NCBI GenBank assembly: GCA_030704615.1
Contig: CM060731.1
Span: forward strand, 80,538,001-80,602,000
Source: Takakia lepidozioides
Taxonomy: Eukaryota; Plantae; Bryophyta
Length of the DNA stretch: 64,000 nucleotides
Direction: 5' to 3'
Shown: positions 21,640 to 35,579 of the stretch, one piece after another
How the letters are laid out: each line of letters begins with the position of its first letter
Numbering within the stretch: position 1 is the first letter of the stretch
Notes under the pieces: model-generated
What the model was told of the DNA's origin: nothing
The model's database searches: none
The model's input: the letters and a program-made list of their open reading frames with translations, nothing else
Made by a program: the position numbers and the translations under genes

Positions 21640-24327
21640 CTCTCTCGCCCGCACCCCAAAGAGTATCCACCAGTACAAACTATATGTTTGTGAGAATGAG
21701 TATAATCTTATGATACAGCTCAGCAACGGCTCCCTGCTTACACCCAATCCCTCCCCTCCTACATCCTTACATTGCCTCCGTCCCTCCCTCTCTCTCCTCC
21801 CTCCTTCACTCTTCAATCGACTTGATTTGGGTATGCAGCGAGATTAAAAGCAATAATGTTACCCGGCAGTGCACAGCTGCACTGCGGTGCAAGCCGCTGT
21901 CGCAGGAGAGAGCGACCTCGACAGTAGAGAAGGGTGTGGATGAAAACGAAGGGCTCATCGATGAATAATGGCTTTCATTGATGAGGTAGTTGTAACGGAT
22001 GGACGCAGAGAGTCCTCATGGATGGAAAGTATGGTTGTACAGACCTTCCGGATTGAGAGCAGCAGTCAAAATGGCCCACCTGCCAACGAGCAGCCATATA
22101 TGTACAAGTGGCCGCTGCATCATAGCACGCCACACTGTCACCCAATGGACCCTTGCCTTGGAAGTCTTTTTGTAATAGAGAAAAGGAAATCGCAGAAGTG
22201 TTGTTTGTGTGTTTGAAAGACAGCGGGGTGTTAATTTCTTGTCTGTATGATGATGAGAAGCAGGCGAGGGGATTCAAGGTTGTACTGGGTTGTACAAACC
22301 ACAACCTTGTAGGGTTCTTGAAAGAGTTGTTGGGGTGGGGGGGTAGAGACGTTACGTTTTGGTTTCTGAGTTCGGAGGAAGGCACGGAAGGGTGTGCGCG
22401 TAGGACCATATCTGCACAAATGCATTATCAGTAGCATTGTTCTGCCTGCGCCTCCATGGGATCTCTCCAGCTCATATTTCAGGTTCGTCTCTCCCTCTCT
22501 TTGACTGACCAAATTCTTGATTCCCTTCCTCAGTTTGAGTACAAGACATTTATTTAGTCATGTATGAAGGTAAACCCTAATGTGTGACATTCAATACAAT
22601 CCTATGGGAATGTGCGGATCATTGTTCGAAGTCTGAATGCCGGCATGGATGACGAAATTGAACCTCACATTGCGTTTCACTTTGCAGCCCGCTGCATGCT
22701 CTTATGTGCCCTCTCAGATAGCAATGGCTTGGTACGCCAGGGTTTTCCGCGATTGAAGCATGTCTAGTTTTGGAGGGACTTGTTACTTTCCACATTGTTG
22801 GTAGTAAGATTGCAAAAAATTTGTGCTGCACAGCGACATCTGCCTGCCTTATGGGCAAAGGGGGTTTCTCAGCAGGCTTGAAATTTGATGGTCAGGCCAG
22901 GAATCACCCCTTACAAGGTTTTCCCCCGCCAAGTGAGATTACATGTCTAAATTAGCTGATTCTCTTTCGTTGTCTGCCAATCTGCACCACTGCTGCAACG
23001 TGGAGGGTTATGCCACCATTCTACTGGAGGGGCGATTTGTTTCCCCTGACAGAAAAGTCCCTCTTATATGGAATTCTCTGATCTGGGTGTGGCCTGCTCT
23101 TCCAGCTTGAGTCTCCCTGCCTTTCTTCTTTCAGGAATAGCATGGTGATTATTGAACCTCTGTTTTACCCATATGTTCGAATTTGGAACAGCTGATCCTC
23201 CCATTGACTGCTGCTATCTTGTAACTCTGGGTTTACTGCACCTGTCCAATATGTTCAGAATCAGAACTGTTGCAGGATAACATACATGGTTTTCTTTCCA
23301 ATCTATGAAAACAGGGAGCTATTCACTCTGATCTTAATGACATAGTGTAAAGTACCATAGTATACAATTTTTGAAGCTCTGCCCCATCTTCTTCTTTCCT
23401 GAAGCCAAGAAACAAACAAATCACACTCGTGGAACCTGATAATGCAGTCATTGTCAGCTCCCTCTGTCTTTATTTGTAGATGTCTCAAAATTCTGTCGAC
23501 TAAGTTGCAGTTTGAGTTATGCATTTTGTGAAGGTCGGGGTTTAGTGAGTGCATGTCCCAGGGATCAGTCGCAGTGATGAGTTCTTCATCACAGGATACA
23601 ACACTGGTGAAGCAGGTGAAGCCAACCCGCATAATATCAGCCAGCCCCACCCTGAGCATGTCAAGAGGGGTGAGCCTTGTGAACAACCTTCCTTGTGTTT
23701 CCTTATGGAGGGTTAAGCAGTATGTGCCTTGCCCTGTTCCTTTTCACGACAACCTCCTTAGTATGTTGTTGAGAGAGTATTAAATGGAATGAATGACCAA
23801 CATCCACTGACTGGGCACTTTCAACACATATTCAATGATGCCATTCTCAATACCAATTAAGTACTGTTGGGCTGAAGAATGGAAGTGTCTATTGGCAAAG
23901 AGTTGGATAAGAGTTGGATAAGAGTTGCCTTTGGTTCTTCCCTGATCCACCACACTTGAAAATTTTGTACTTAAGGGGAATTCTTCTGTGTACACCAAGA
24001 ACCAGACTTGGATGAAAATAATGTGCTGTCTTTAAATCCTATCACATGCACCTTTGCATTGCTTACCCTGTGTTCCGAATGAATGTCTGGGGAGAGGGAA
24101 GAATGAGGGAGGGGGTTGATTGTGAGTACCCCCAGTTCTTGAATAATTATTCCTGCTGGGGCGTAATGTATTTGTGTGGACAAAGTAATCGTGGGATTTC
24201 ATATACATTTATCAAGTAGTAGCACAGGTCTGATGCCATGTTTTGTTCATGATTACCTCAAATGCACTTTACTTTATATGGTTTCTCCTGTGAGTGCCTG
24301 AGACCATTGTATTGTGTGCTGGTGGCA

Positions 24328-27300
24328 GTCATCAATGGGGGGGAGGGAGGATCCATTGGCAAACCTGTCAGAGTCGGAGCAGGAGAGCCTGAAGCAACCA
24401 AGAGGAGAAGGCTGGATCAGCCTCTTGGCCAGCATGCCACAGCCTTCAGTCCAAGAAACAATCAGTGGGGGTGGAGACACCCATCTTGTTGAGTTTTCGG
24501 ATGCCTTGCATGGTAAATTTTTTCTCATCAGTAATATTCCGTCTTGATATGACATGTTGCAGCCTGTAATTTGTGGTATGAGAAGATTTTCTCTGCACTT
24601 TTGAGAAGTCACATGCACAAATTTGAACATCAAATCCAGACTAATGTGTACTTGTGCAGCTGTGGGGAAGGCTCTCAGGCAAGTGGCAGAGAGCAAAGCT
24701 CGGGCTCAGGATGAGGCTGCCAAATGGAAGCTCAAGTATGAGATGGAGCTGTTGCGATGTCGCCAATTAGAGTGCCTCTGTGCTGATCAAATCCTTTCAT
24801 CTCCTGGATTGTAGATCTTGTCTTTGGTGAAGAGGCGTGGAGGGGTATATTTCTGTAGTTGGTGTGGTATCTTTTGTCTAGAATCATGCAAGTGAGATGC
24901 CAGCTAAGATTGATAGATTGAGAGGGATGATTACAAGCTCTACTTGTTAGAGCTTGACTGCTGTAACTCTGACATATAAGCCCAACTCCAAGTAGTCATG
25001 ATGGCATCATGGAGGCTGGTGATGTTTGATAGCAACATCTTTGCTTTGGATTGACAAAAGTGAGCAAAACTGTATTAGGGCAGTAAAGTGTAAATTATTC
25101 CGTTCTTCAATTAAAAAGGCATGCAAACTTTCTTGCAGATCCTTCAAGAATGGAAGATCCTCTAGAGTTGGAAAAGCAGGAGACTGACTCTGGCGAACCA
25201 AGTTTATTACAATCACCAAGTGGGAAGCAGACACCACACAGCAATGGGCAGTGTTGCTTGAAAGAGGGTATATGCAATCAACAAGTCTTGCGTAGCCACA
25301 CTAGCTCCTTTGGCAGTGGTGCCCAGGACATTCGGCCTGATGGAAGTCCTCCATCTGAAAAGGTAGTGGCAGTTTTTCTGGTTGACATCCTGTGTTCACT
25401 GTCCCTGAGTCCTGTCATCTGTTTAGTTCTCTCCGTCCTTTTCCCTCCATCTGTTCTCCTATCTCATTTCTGGGGTGAGTTTTTTTGTATCACATTGATG
25501 CAATGCTTAACAGCTTTCTGCTTTCTGAAGAATGTCTAGAAGGGCCAGAACAAATTTTTGAGGTAAGCCCTTTGCACTACCACTGCAAAAGGCCCTTTTC
25601 TGGTCCCTCATGTCTGGTCCTGGGTTCTTTGTGCACAAGGCAATGAATTGCATAGTTTTATGGGTACACAGCTGGTTGCTGCACTTTCTCTAACCCCAGT
25701 ATGATTGTTAGTAAGCAAGGGTTATTTATCATTGAGATCTGGTGAATGTCTTTGTCCGTGAGCTATATGCTATTGCTGTTTTTGTCAGCAATGCTGGGAG
25801 CACAATTTCGTGCAAGCACACTCCAAACATATGCTGCTGCTTTCTCTGCAATTGTTGTGCTGCTTATGTATGGGATGAAATGAGTGTGACTTATTCTCAA
25901 GTGGTAGAACCTGGCAACTGCAGGCAGTGTTTAGACTGGCGTGGGACAGTGAGGGCAAGCCGAGCAGAAGACACAAGCATGACGTTGTGTCGTTTGAGTC
26001 GGGGAATATCACTACACTGGTACAAAGTAGCAAGCAGGTGAGTTGATTGCTAGTAATTCTGCTGAGCATTTGCTTGATGGCCCTCCTATACCCCTTTTCT
26101 GGTCTGACCTGCGCATCTCTATGAGCATCCCTGTCTTTCTTGTTTCTTGTCTTGTCTTTGAGCTTCCCATGGACATAATGAAGTTTCTTTCCTTTCTTCT
26201 TTCTCTCTTCATGTCTCTTTCTTTCTCTCTACATGTCAGGAGAATTTGGAAGCTACCCAACAACAAAGCTCCATTTCTATCGAGAGACATTCTTGGTTCT
26301 CCGAGATGATAAAATCTTGCGACCCAATTACTTTTCGACGCCTTTATCTCCTTCCCTCTTGAGGGCATTGGGGCGGTTCAGGGTGGGCTCCCACAATGTA
26401 CGGATAGAGACTGGCAGATGGGAAAACCTGCAACGGGAGGACCGCCTATACCCAGCTTGCACAGGGCGCAACCAGGAAATTGGAACTGAAGAACACTTCT
26501 TCTTTTATTGCCCTCTATATTACGAGATCCGTGGGAGATTCCACAGTCTATTCCGCGGAACTCAAATCTCTCACTGAAGTCTTCCGCTATGAGGATCAGA
26601 AATGCTTGGCAGCTTACCTGCACGAGGCCTTCGCCCTTAGACAATCCCTCGAGCAGTAGTTTTTTTTTGGCTCTGGTTTTGTTTCCTCTCTCATGTTTTT
26701 TTCCCATTTTGTCCCATAAGCTCTACGAGCTTTCCGCGGACGTTATAAAGCACCATTTCATTTCATTTCATTTCTTTGTAGAGCTTCCTCATCCTTTGTG
26801 AAGGGGTTCAGTTATAAGGACATGCTTAGCAGCTTGCCAACATGAGCAAGTCTGTTTCTGTGCAACCTTTGGGGTTTGGTATGCTCTGTTGGTTTCTTTT
26901 TTTTTCTAATATGTTTGTTGTCCCACGGGCCCTCCGGGCCTGCCATGTATGGGAATATCTTAATCTGTTTGTTTCTTTTCTCCCCCTCAACTCAACTTGG
27001 GTGTTTCAAGCTAGTGATCCTATGGCCTTGCCCCGTTTGTTTTTGTCAGTCGTGTATGTGCTACTGTTGGATTCTAAACTGGCAGTTTTGAGTTAACAAG
27101 TTATTTGTGATTCACACTGTAGATCACACTGGTGTGGGACTCGCCTCCACACTCAGTCTTCATCCTTTCGAAGCCCAACTCATCAACAGTCGAGAACCTC
27201 TGTAAAGAGATGGTTAGGTGAGTGCCAAATCATTGTGCCAAACTCTCAGGACAGAAGTGCACTGTCTAGAGGTGTCTTTTAGTAAGAGCATTCAAAGTTT

Positions 27301-30300
27301 TGGCTAGGGATGGCAGCTTCATTAAGAGTGATCATATGATGCTATCCAACCTGTACATCATTCTTTTTTGTCCTTGAACCACTGCAAGCCTGTTGACTTG
27401 TATAGGGCTGTTGTATCCTGAAGAACGCTCTTTGCTATGCTTGAGAGTTAGTATCCTGTGAAAGGTGTTTGCCCAAGTGACGTATCATGTGCATCCAATA
27501 GGCCCAGTTGTTAGGGCACAAGGCGGCCTAATAAGCGGTCATGGGTTCAAAGCCACATGACTGTATGTTGGATATCACCCATTATAATCAAACCAACTAT
27601 AGAAGGGGTAAGCTGTACTCAGGACGGGTAACGCTGCACCTATCATCAAAGAAAACTCTAAACAGCTTCAGCCCAAAATTCCTTCTCAGGCCTTGCATCA
27701 TGGAGCATGGACCGTGCCTTCTCCTTTTATTGGAACTCTCTAGAACACTTTACTGGATCATCATGGCCTGGTTGGTTGGAGCTATGCAGGTGGCTCAGGG
27801 AGGAGAAGGGAATGGGAGTTTATGTGGAGCCACGTGTGAAGAAGGAGCTGCTCAAGGATAGCTCATACTTCAGCTTCGTACAAACTTGTGAAACTGGTAA
27901 CCCTTTCTTCTGCAGTTGGCCATTTATCCTGCTGAAGCAAATTTGACTCTGGTTTGGAAGGATTTCTTTCATCCATGAGTAGGATTCAAATTGTCAAGAT
28001 GTGTGCTTAGAAGAAGAAATCTATTTGTTGACTGGTTGCTGCAAACGTTCGCTATTACACACCCTTGACGGCATTGTCCCCACTGCATTCCAATCTTCCC
28101 AGAGCAGTTTTGGGGTTTGGTCCACCGCGATTTTACATTGGCGTTCTAGTACAGGTGTAGACAAGGAGGGGAACACAGAGTAGAACATGGAGAGAAGAGA
28201 GACAGAACAGACAGGAGACTGCTCAGCAAGGAGAGAGGTCGATAGCGTCCTGATGATGGCAGTGATATGTGGCAGAGGAGGAAGTACTATACCTGCACAA
28301 GAAGGTGGACTTGGTAATAACTCTCGGCGGCGATGGGACTGTGCTCTGGGTACTCACTTGATATGCCCTCATTCGCGCTCTTATCAACTCAAATTATCCC
28401 CTCCCTTTTGTAGTTGCTGCGAGAATGTGCACACTTGACTTCATAATCTCTCCCCTACAGTGTGACTAGTTGTATATCATGGCTACATATGTCATGTTTG
28501 TTCTAGTGGTGGAGCTTCATTCTGCTCTGATCTCCACGTTGCTTCCCCAGCCACATATCCCATTGGAATCATTAGCTGTGTTCGAAGTGCTAGACTGTGT
28601 TTCTTACCGTGGTTAGGTAGAACCCCACAACAGTCTGAGGAAGGGAAAGTCTCAAGGGAGAGTAACCTATCATTGTGAAACCAAAGACTTCTGCTGACAC
28701 AGAATGAACTTGATGTATCGATGAGTCTTGTGGTCCTCTTTTCTTGGGAGCTGAGAAGAAGTGGTTGTGGAAATTTTGCAGGCAGCATCAATGTTCAAGG
28801 GTCCAGTACCTCCTGTGGTGTCATTCTCCATGGGCTCCCTCGGCTTCATGACTCCTTTTCGTATCCTCCTCACAAGTCGCCTTCCTTTTATCTTTGTATG
28901 TAATATGAACTGCCTCCTTCCCTCTTCTTAGTTTGTCACTCAGTTGGGGAGTTTGAAATTTGGAGCATGCATTCATGCTCATTTCCCTTGCTGGTGTCAG
29001 TTGAGCAGCTAGTGCTGAACCATGGGTTAACCAATAACCGTCCTCCCTCCATGATTTGAGCTGTGCGCAAAACTGTCCAATGCTGGGTCAACTGGTCACC
29101 TGATGTGTGGGTACCTCAAGTCCTTGGGGGAGGTTTGGGCAACTGCGCTGTCCCGGTTACAGCTGTTAGGTGTCCACATTCCAAACCTTCCAAATGGAAG
29201 GCAGTAGCCCTTCGAGGTGAATTTACCCTTGCTTCGAACCTTTTGCTAGATGAACCCTAAACCCTAAATGCAGCAAAAGGAAAAATAAATCCGATTCTAA
29301 ATAAGACTGCAATAGCCCTCTTACAATCATGGGAACTCAGTCGTGAGATTAAACTTTGCTGAAGTTGACCAATGCAAGTAGTGAGTCATGGTATTAGTAT
29401 ATTAGAGGTCTGAACAGTGGACTTGATAAGAAGGGATAGGTGGGCAGAGAAATTCATTGAATAGTGCTACATACAGATGTCAGCTCAAGCGCAGATCCCT
29501 AACTCACCAATGTATAGAAAGCGAACGATACAAAGAGTGTCTCCAAACAGTGATGGAGGGCCCTGTATATATCACTCTTCGTCACCGCCTCCATTGCCAG
29601 ATTGTTCGTAACCCAGACAACCTTGAGGAGGGAAGTGGATCTGACCCGGAAGACCATCTGGTGTTGAACGAAGTATCCATTAATCGGGGGATGTCCTCTT
29701 TCCTCACAAACCTGGAATGCTATTGTGATGGTCTCTTTGTCACTTGTGTGCAAGGAGATGGCCTCATTCTTTCCACTCCATCTGGAAGCACTGCCTATTC
29801 GTTGGCAGCTGGAGGCTCAATGGTTCACCCTCAGGTAGGTGTTCCTGTTGTTTTGACCTGCTTTGCCTGCTTTACTTTCTGAAGGGAGATGTTGGTCAAG
29901 AGACGGGCAGGAAGAGGCTTGAAGAAGAGGTTGCACAAATCTGAATTTGCAGTTTGGCCATTTGCAGGTACCCGGTATTCTTTTCACTCCAATTTGCCCC
30001 CATTCTTTGTCCTTCCGACCATTGATTTTGCCGGAGTACGTGACACTAAGAGTCCAGGTACTTTTTTACCTGATAAAAACCTGATTCAAATGCCTTCCAT
30101 ACCTCATGCTGCCATGTTTGGTTGATGGAAGGTGGATCCAAGGTCAATGCTTATGATTGTGAACAAAACAATTGTGTCTAGGGTTTGACTGATGTCCATT
30201 GTGTTGCATCCAGAAATGAGTTATTGGCTATTACACCTGTGTATAAATTGCGAGGCTTTGCCTTCACCGATGTTTACATCCACTTGGCCTCGCAAGGCTA

Positions 30301-30756
30301 GGAACTACCACCTACTCGTTAACATAGTGATTCACAGATTTATAGTGTTACCTAATGTGTGGATACAATGTCTCGACCTTCTGGCAGAGCACAATAATCT
30401 CTTCGGACGGAGAATATGTAGATTGTGGTACAAACATGTTGATCCTGAAAATGTAGGATGCATTTCCAGTTGATTGTAGATTTGTCAGAAGCCTCTTCTG
30501 CATTTTTTCTGATCAAAAGCATGGTCCAATGCAGGTGCCTGCAAATAGTAGGGGCCAAGCATGGGCAAGTTTTGACGGCAAGGACAGGCAGCAGCTTAGT
30601 GGTGGTGACGCCCTTGTCATTCACATGTCAGCATGGCCAGTCCCAGCTGCCTGCGATAAGGAATCAACCAATGATTTTCTGCGCAGTGTGCGGGATGGTT
30701 TGCACTGGAACCTGCGAAAAAGTCAGTTATCAGACGGGCCTCCTCAACCTACCTAG
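24328..30756 (+). CDS. NAD(H) kinase, cytosolic NADK1-like, multi-exon; start codon probably upstream (possibly near 22248)
   Basis: [35 protein letters not shown] (~28318-28350), [56 protein letters not shown]. Confidence 0.9.
26233..26775 (+). mobile_element. 5'-truncated LINE (RTE-X/L2-like C-terminal zinc knuckle, 3' UTR, (CATTT)n tail) in an NADK intron
   Basis: [16 protein letters not shown]...[15 protein letters not shown]; tail CATTTCATTTCATTTCATTT. Confidence 0.8.
27491..27608 (+). mobile_element. SINE 5' (tRNA-like) portion
   Basis: GCATCCAATAGGCCCAGTTGTTAGGGCACAAGGC...GGTTCAAAGCCACA...TGTTGGATATCACCCATTAT, homologous to the 19049-19346 copy. Confidence 0.75.
29104..29238 (+). mobile_element. 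SINE 3' portion
   Basis: TGTGTGGGTACC...GGAAGGCAGTAGCCCTTCGAGGTGAA homologous to the SINE 3' half. Confidence 0.7.
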
Positions 30757-31804
30757 TTAACCAGTGAATCATGTGATGCCATCAAGTGCAATAACTGGAG
30801 GTTGCTAACCTCGCATTTATTGCCTTTGTAACCTTGTACATGTTCGGGTTCAAATGATGTAGAGAACCTTTCTTAGAACATTTTGGATTCTCTTAGTGAG
30901 TTGAAAACCAGGAAGACTGCCGGTCACAAAATTGAACTTGCAGTTGGATCTCTAATATTGTTGCTCAAGGAACTGAGCCTATAAACATTCATTGAAAAAG
31001 TAAAGTAAACAATGCTTACTGTGTGGGTCCTCCCTTCACAGTCCTGTGAGGGCTTCATGTGAAATGTTGCACAGTAAAATGAAATATACTTGGAATACGC
31101 AATTATAAGAATCACCTCCAGCTCTACTCTGATCGGAAAACCTCGATGCAAGACTCTTCCGTTCGAAAGCCGAAAATGGACGAATTGACTGAGCCTGTAT
31201 GACCGAAACAAACTGCTTCCCCTTGCCTGGTCTTCTAGGATTTCAGTTGCGACCTCAGCGTACTCATAACTGCGTCGAGAAACGTTGAAAGATCCCCCGA
31301 ACTTTAGATCATATTTTACGACTTTTACTCTAAGCGAACATCAGGCGGCTATCAACGTCAATATTGTATCTACTGGAGGAATATAGCGGTTTGAACAACA
31401 GACAATGTTTGACTAGAAACCTCATGATATATCAAACAAAAGGAGGCAATCAAACTACGAACTGTGTTTGTTGCAAACACTGCTCGTCTGTTCTACTTCA
31501 TATGCTGAAATTACATGACATCTGGAATAAAGTTTTCCTATCATATATTGTTCCGATTTCAGCAACTTGGATACCTGCATTGTCGTTCTTGCAAATGTTC
31601 AGTAATTTTCACCATCGTCGCGCTTACTCCTCCGCATATTGTTGCTCTATCTAAACTCGAAGATGTGTTGAATGAATGAGGAAAGCGTTACTATCATCCA
31701 ATTGAGATGAATGAAGAACGGGTGGCCCTAAAGCTGCTTGGATGGATGGATGGCCGATGATGTTTGTGGACGGATGGACCGCATGCACATCCCCTGCGTC
31801 TCTG

Positions 31805-31862
31805 GCTTCTAGAAGTGTGTAGCCTCCCCGGTGTGTTTTGCTATGAGGATTAGGGTTTAGGG
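31805..31862 (+). promoter_or_regulatory. HSE-like core (TTCTAGAA) and telo-box (TAGGGTTT) upstream of p23
   Basis: GGCTTCTAGAAG about 150 bp upstream of the ATG; TAGGGTTTAGGG at ~31851. Confidence 0.5.
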
Positions 31863-31958
31863 TCTGCTATCAACGACATCTGCTTGTGTTCCCAGGTCTG
31901 AGGCAGTTGTTGGGGAGGCATCCATTGCTGTTTGCGGTGGAAGGAGTCAGTGGAAGAG

Positions 31959-32555
31959 ATGAGCCGTCATCCGGAGATAAAGTGGGCGCAACGGACAGAC
32001 AAGGTGTTCCTGACGGTGGAGTTGCCTGATGCAAAGAACCCGCAAGTGAAGCTGGAGCCTGATGGCAGATTCACATTCTCTGCCACGGCTGGCGGAAACG
32101 ATCAGTTGTATGAATCCGATCTGGAGCTTTTTGGGAAGGTGAACGTTGATGAAAGCAAAATCAGTGTGGGGCTGCGGCACACGTTTGTTGTGATTGAGAA
32201 GGAGGAAAAGGTGTGGTGGAAGAGGCTGGTCAAGTCCGAGGGAAAGGCACCTCCTTTTCTGAAGGTGGACTGGAACAAATGGGTGGACGAGGATGAGGAG
32301 GCAGATGCCCCCAAGCTTGACAACTTCGATCTCGGTGGAATGGGCGGGATGGGCGGAATGGGTGGAATGGGCGGAATGGGCGGAATGGATCTGAGTGCCT
32401 TGGGTGGCATGGGCGGCATGGGTGGCTTGGGTGATCTGAGTGGCATGGGTGGAATGGGTGGAATGGGTGACCTTTCGAAATTCGGTGAGGGAGGGGACGA
32501 AGAGGATAGTGAAGATGAAGAAGGCCTTCCAGACATGAAGAAGGCTGAGATTTAA
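31959..32555 (+). CDS. HSP90 co-chaperone p23 (CS domain), intronless CDS with GGM repeats and acidic tail
   Basis: MSRHPEIKWAQRTDKVFLTVELPDAK...WWKRL...FLKVDWNKWVDEDEE. Confidence 0.93.
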   Translation: MSRHPEIKWAQRTDKVFLTVELPDAKNPQVKLEPDGRFTFSATAGGNDQLYESDLELFGKVNVDESKISVGLRHTFVVIEKEEKVWWKRLVKSEGKAPPFLKVDWNKWVDEDEEADAPKLDNFDLGGMGGMGGMGGMGGMGGMDLSALGGMGGMGGLGDLSGMGGMGGMGDLSKFGEGGDEEDSEDEEGLPDMKKAEI

Positions 32556-35500
32556 AGTTCATTTTGTGAGGGAGTGCAGATAAGTTTCCATTTGTCATTG
32601 CTTACTGGGGCAACCGACATGATGGGCGGACCTTAAATGCATCCATTGCAGAGTGCAATTGGAATTTACCATCGTCCCTACGTTCACTCCTGTTTATGGA
32701 ACTTAGCAGTCGCCTTGCTTTCCTAGACCTCTTTGCCGTAATTTGGTGCTTGGAGTGTGCATCTCAAGAGTCATTGATAGGGTTGTGTTACAGATGAGAT
32801 AGAACTTAGGCCCTTTGACGTTATAAGGTTTCTTTTTTTGACCTCTTTTGTAAGATGTCTCAGAGACCCAAAATGTGCACGTAGAGAGGCACACGTAAAT
32901 GTTCTACATGGACGGGAAACAGCTCGATCTGAAGAAGACCTTCTTTTGAAAAAAAAACAAAAGTGTCGCGTAATCTACTGCATTCTGTATTGGATCACGA
33001 ATGGCGCTCTTTGTCTATCGCTCTCCTTTTGTTTTAATGATAAGGAGTAGAAGTCTGTATCAAACCTTACCAGAAAGCCTCCTCAGAAGTACTTTAGCAG
33101 GACCCAAATGGCTTAAACAGAAGCTCTGCAAAATAGTAGCTTAAGAACTCGTGAAGGAGTTGAAGCACTGGCCAGCTGCACCCATCTCTTTGCTCTGATT
33201 CAGCGACTTACACTCTGGTATTATTTGCCCCTGACCAGACAACCCTTTGTCTAGTCCAAGTATCCATCTACATGATTCTGCTGCTGCAAGCGAAGTCTAG
33301 TGATTCCATGATCTTTCTTGTTCTGCATAGCAAGAATGCTCCTGGTTGTTTAACAACTCGTAGAGGCAATATTTGCAGATCAACCTGGGAAGTTTCTCCT
33401 AACAGCTTCCGTTTTCAGATCATTGCAAGAGTAATTTGCGAGGTGATGGGATATGCTAAGATGGGAATTGAGCAATTGGCCATGTCGGACTACTGTACGA
33501 TAGCTGTAACCCTCAGTACTGAGGGGTTGCCTTTGACACGACGCGATTGTGACATGCAAGTCAAATTTGTGTTCCTTTGTTCTTCAGTCAGTCCCTACTT
33601 ATCAGCTGTTATTGCAGGGCTTTGGTTGTTCCCCCTTCGAGCACATTTTCAAGCTACCTGGTGCAAACTGTATGTCTGCTCATGAACCATCGATGGTTTT
33701 GACATACTCTAATCAATGCTGCATGGGTATCTTTATTTGACCCCCAGCTTCAGTGCTCAAATATTCCCAATGCATCATTCAAATCAAATGCAAAAGTGGT
33801 TGCCACTACAAGTCCTCATCATGTTCTTTATACATCCTTTTGTCTACACAAAACAACCAGGTAGAGGAAGGCTTAGGAGGAAAGAGCCTGTACCTTCTTT
33901 GAGGTGCCCCCGCAGTTAGGTTAAAATTTCCATTGCATTGTGCCTTTGAGGCTTAAAACACAAATTATCTCTTGAGTATGATGAAGATTGTAGAGTAATG
34001 TCCATGACTTTTCTGTTACTCAGGCCACAACATTTCTGACAGGAACCACATCATGTAGCGATTGCTGGCAGTTTTATACCCTCTTCTTCACTGCAATCAA
34101 TTGTCTCAGATTAGTGTCCTTGCCACTGAGAGATCTGTCTACATGCATACCCATACGTTTCTGCTCCTTCTCATGCATAAGGAGTTACCATACTAGTCCC
34201 TCCTCTTTTGATTGGTTAGTTCAATTGATTAGGTCGACATTTAGCTATCAACTGTTCAAAACACAACCTGCCACAATCCAGGAAATGGAAGGCACTTTCC
34301 TAGACGCTCAATCTTGATGACAGCAAGCTGTATTTAACTATACCGAAGCGGCCATGACAGCAAACTCAGGGTTTGAGAGAGATCAGTGTAACCTGTGGTG
34401 GCAGGGTTATACCCAAGGCCATTACCGAGACAGGGAAATGCCCTCTACAATAATGCCCAACAAATCTTAAAACAACCCACTCCGAGATGGGTTCACAACA
34501 AGCAATAGCGAATTTGCCGTGGCCAAGGGGGAGGATTTGTTTTTAATCTTGCGTAGTAGAAATTCAAGTTTATCTAATAAAAATGGGGATGGATCGTCTG
34601 GCACGTATTGCGGCGACCTGCAGCCCGACTCCCCCGTACTATTCTTGTTAGGGTTTTTATTTTAAAGTGTATACTTTGTCTACAGCAGAGCACCATGGAA
34701 GATTCTCTTCCAAGCTCTTTCTTGAGTTATCTTTTAGATGGAGTTGAAGGGTCGTCTTCTTCTCATCAAGGTGTACGAAATAATGTGCAAGCTCTTCAAA
34801 CTCTATGTACCATTAAGTCCAAGCTCCGAAAATTATGTGCAGATAATTTTGGCAGCTAAGGGGAAATGGTAGGAGACTGTGGACAAATCCTTACATTCAA
34901 TGTTTGTTGGATTTGTGGGTGGGAATACAATTGAGGACACATGAAAAAGGTAAATTGAAAAGAGTTTGCAAAGCTGTTGAACATAAACTTTGCAAATCAT
35001 GTGCAACGGATCTGGAAGCAATGCATAGACAAAATCAACAAGATGAAGGACAAGGTTTTCATGCAATAGAAATGGTGATGCTCAAGAGAGAGGATGAGTG
35101 CCGTGAGGTGCGCAAGCAGCATGTAATGACCAATACAATATAGATAGGTACATGCTGACTTTGGAATTTCATAGACGAGCTTCGAGGAGAATGCTTTATG
35201 AGATCTTGTAGGACATCGACACTGTAAACTCTTCTCACACTAAGTACAGGCATATCTGCGAATGGTTAACAGTCGTGAATACTAGGGCACTTCCTTTCTT
35301 GGCTGTAATTCTTCCCTGGCATAGTATTCTCTAGCATCTATTTTGGCAACGTATTGACGAGGATGAAGCAGAAAAAGAATGCATTTGGCTACTAGGAAGG
35401 TACTAAGGACGAGCGAAGGACTTCTCTCAGCTGTAACTACAGATTCTTCAACTTTCCTAAGTTGAATACCCCCAGGTGAACTCCCCTGGCCTGATGTCAC

Positions 35501-35579
35501 CAAGTTTTTCCTCAACATGAGATTGATATAGGCTCGTTCAGTTATGGGGTATGAGCGAACGGGGAAAACGTTTGGTACA

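Noticed and set aside
11564-32555. Functional gene cluster (two mitochondrial carriers, NADK, p23)
   Set aside because: No shared pathway or regulatory evidence beyond adjacency
34608-35143. Possible degraded gene fragment
   Set aside because: Coding-like but interrupted, with no identifiable motif
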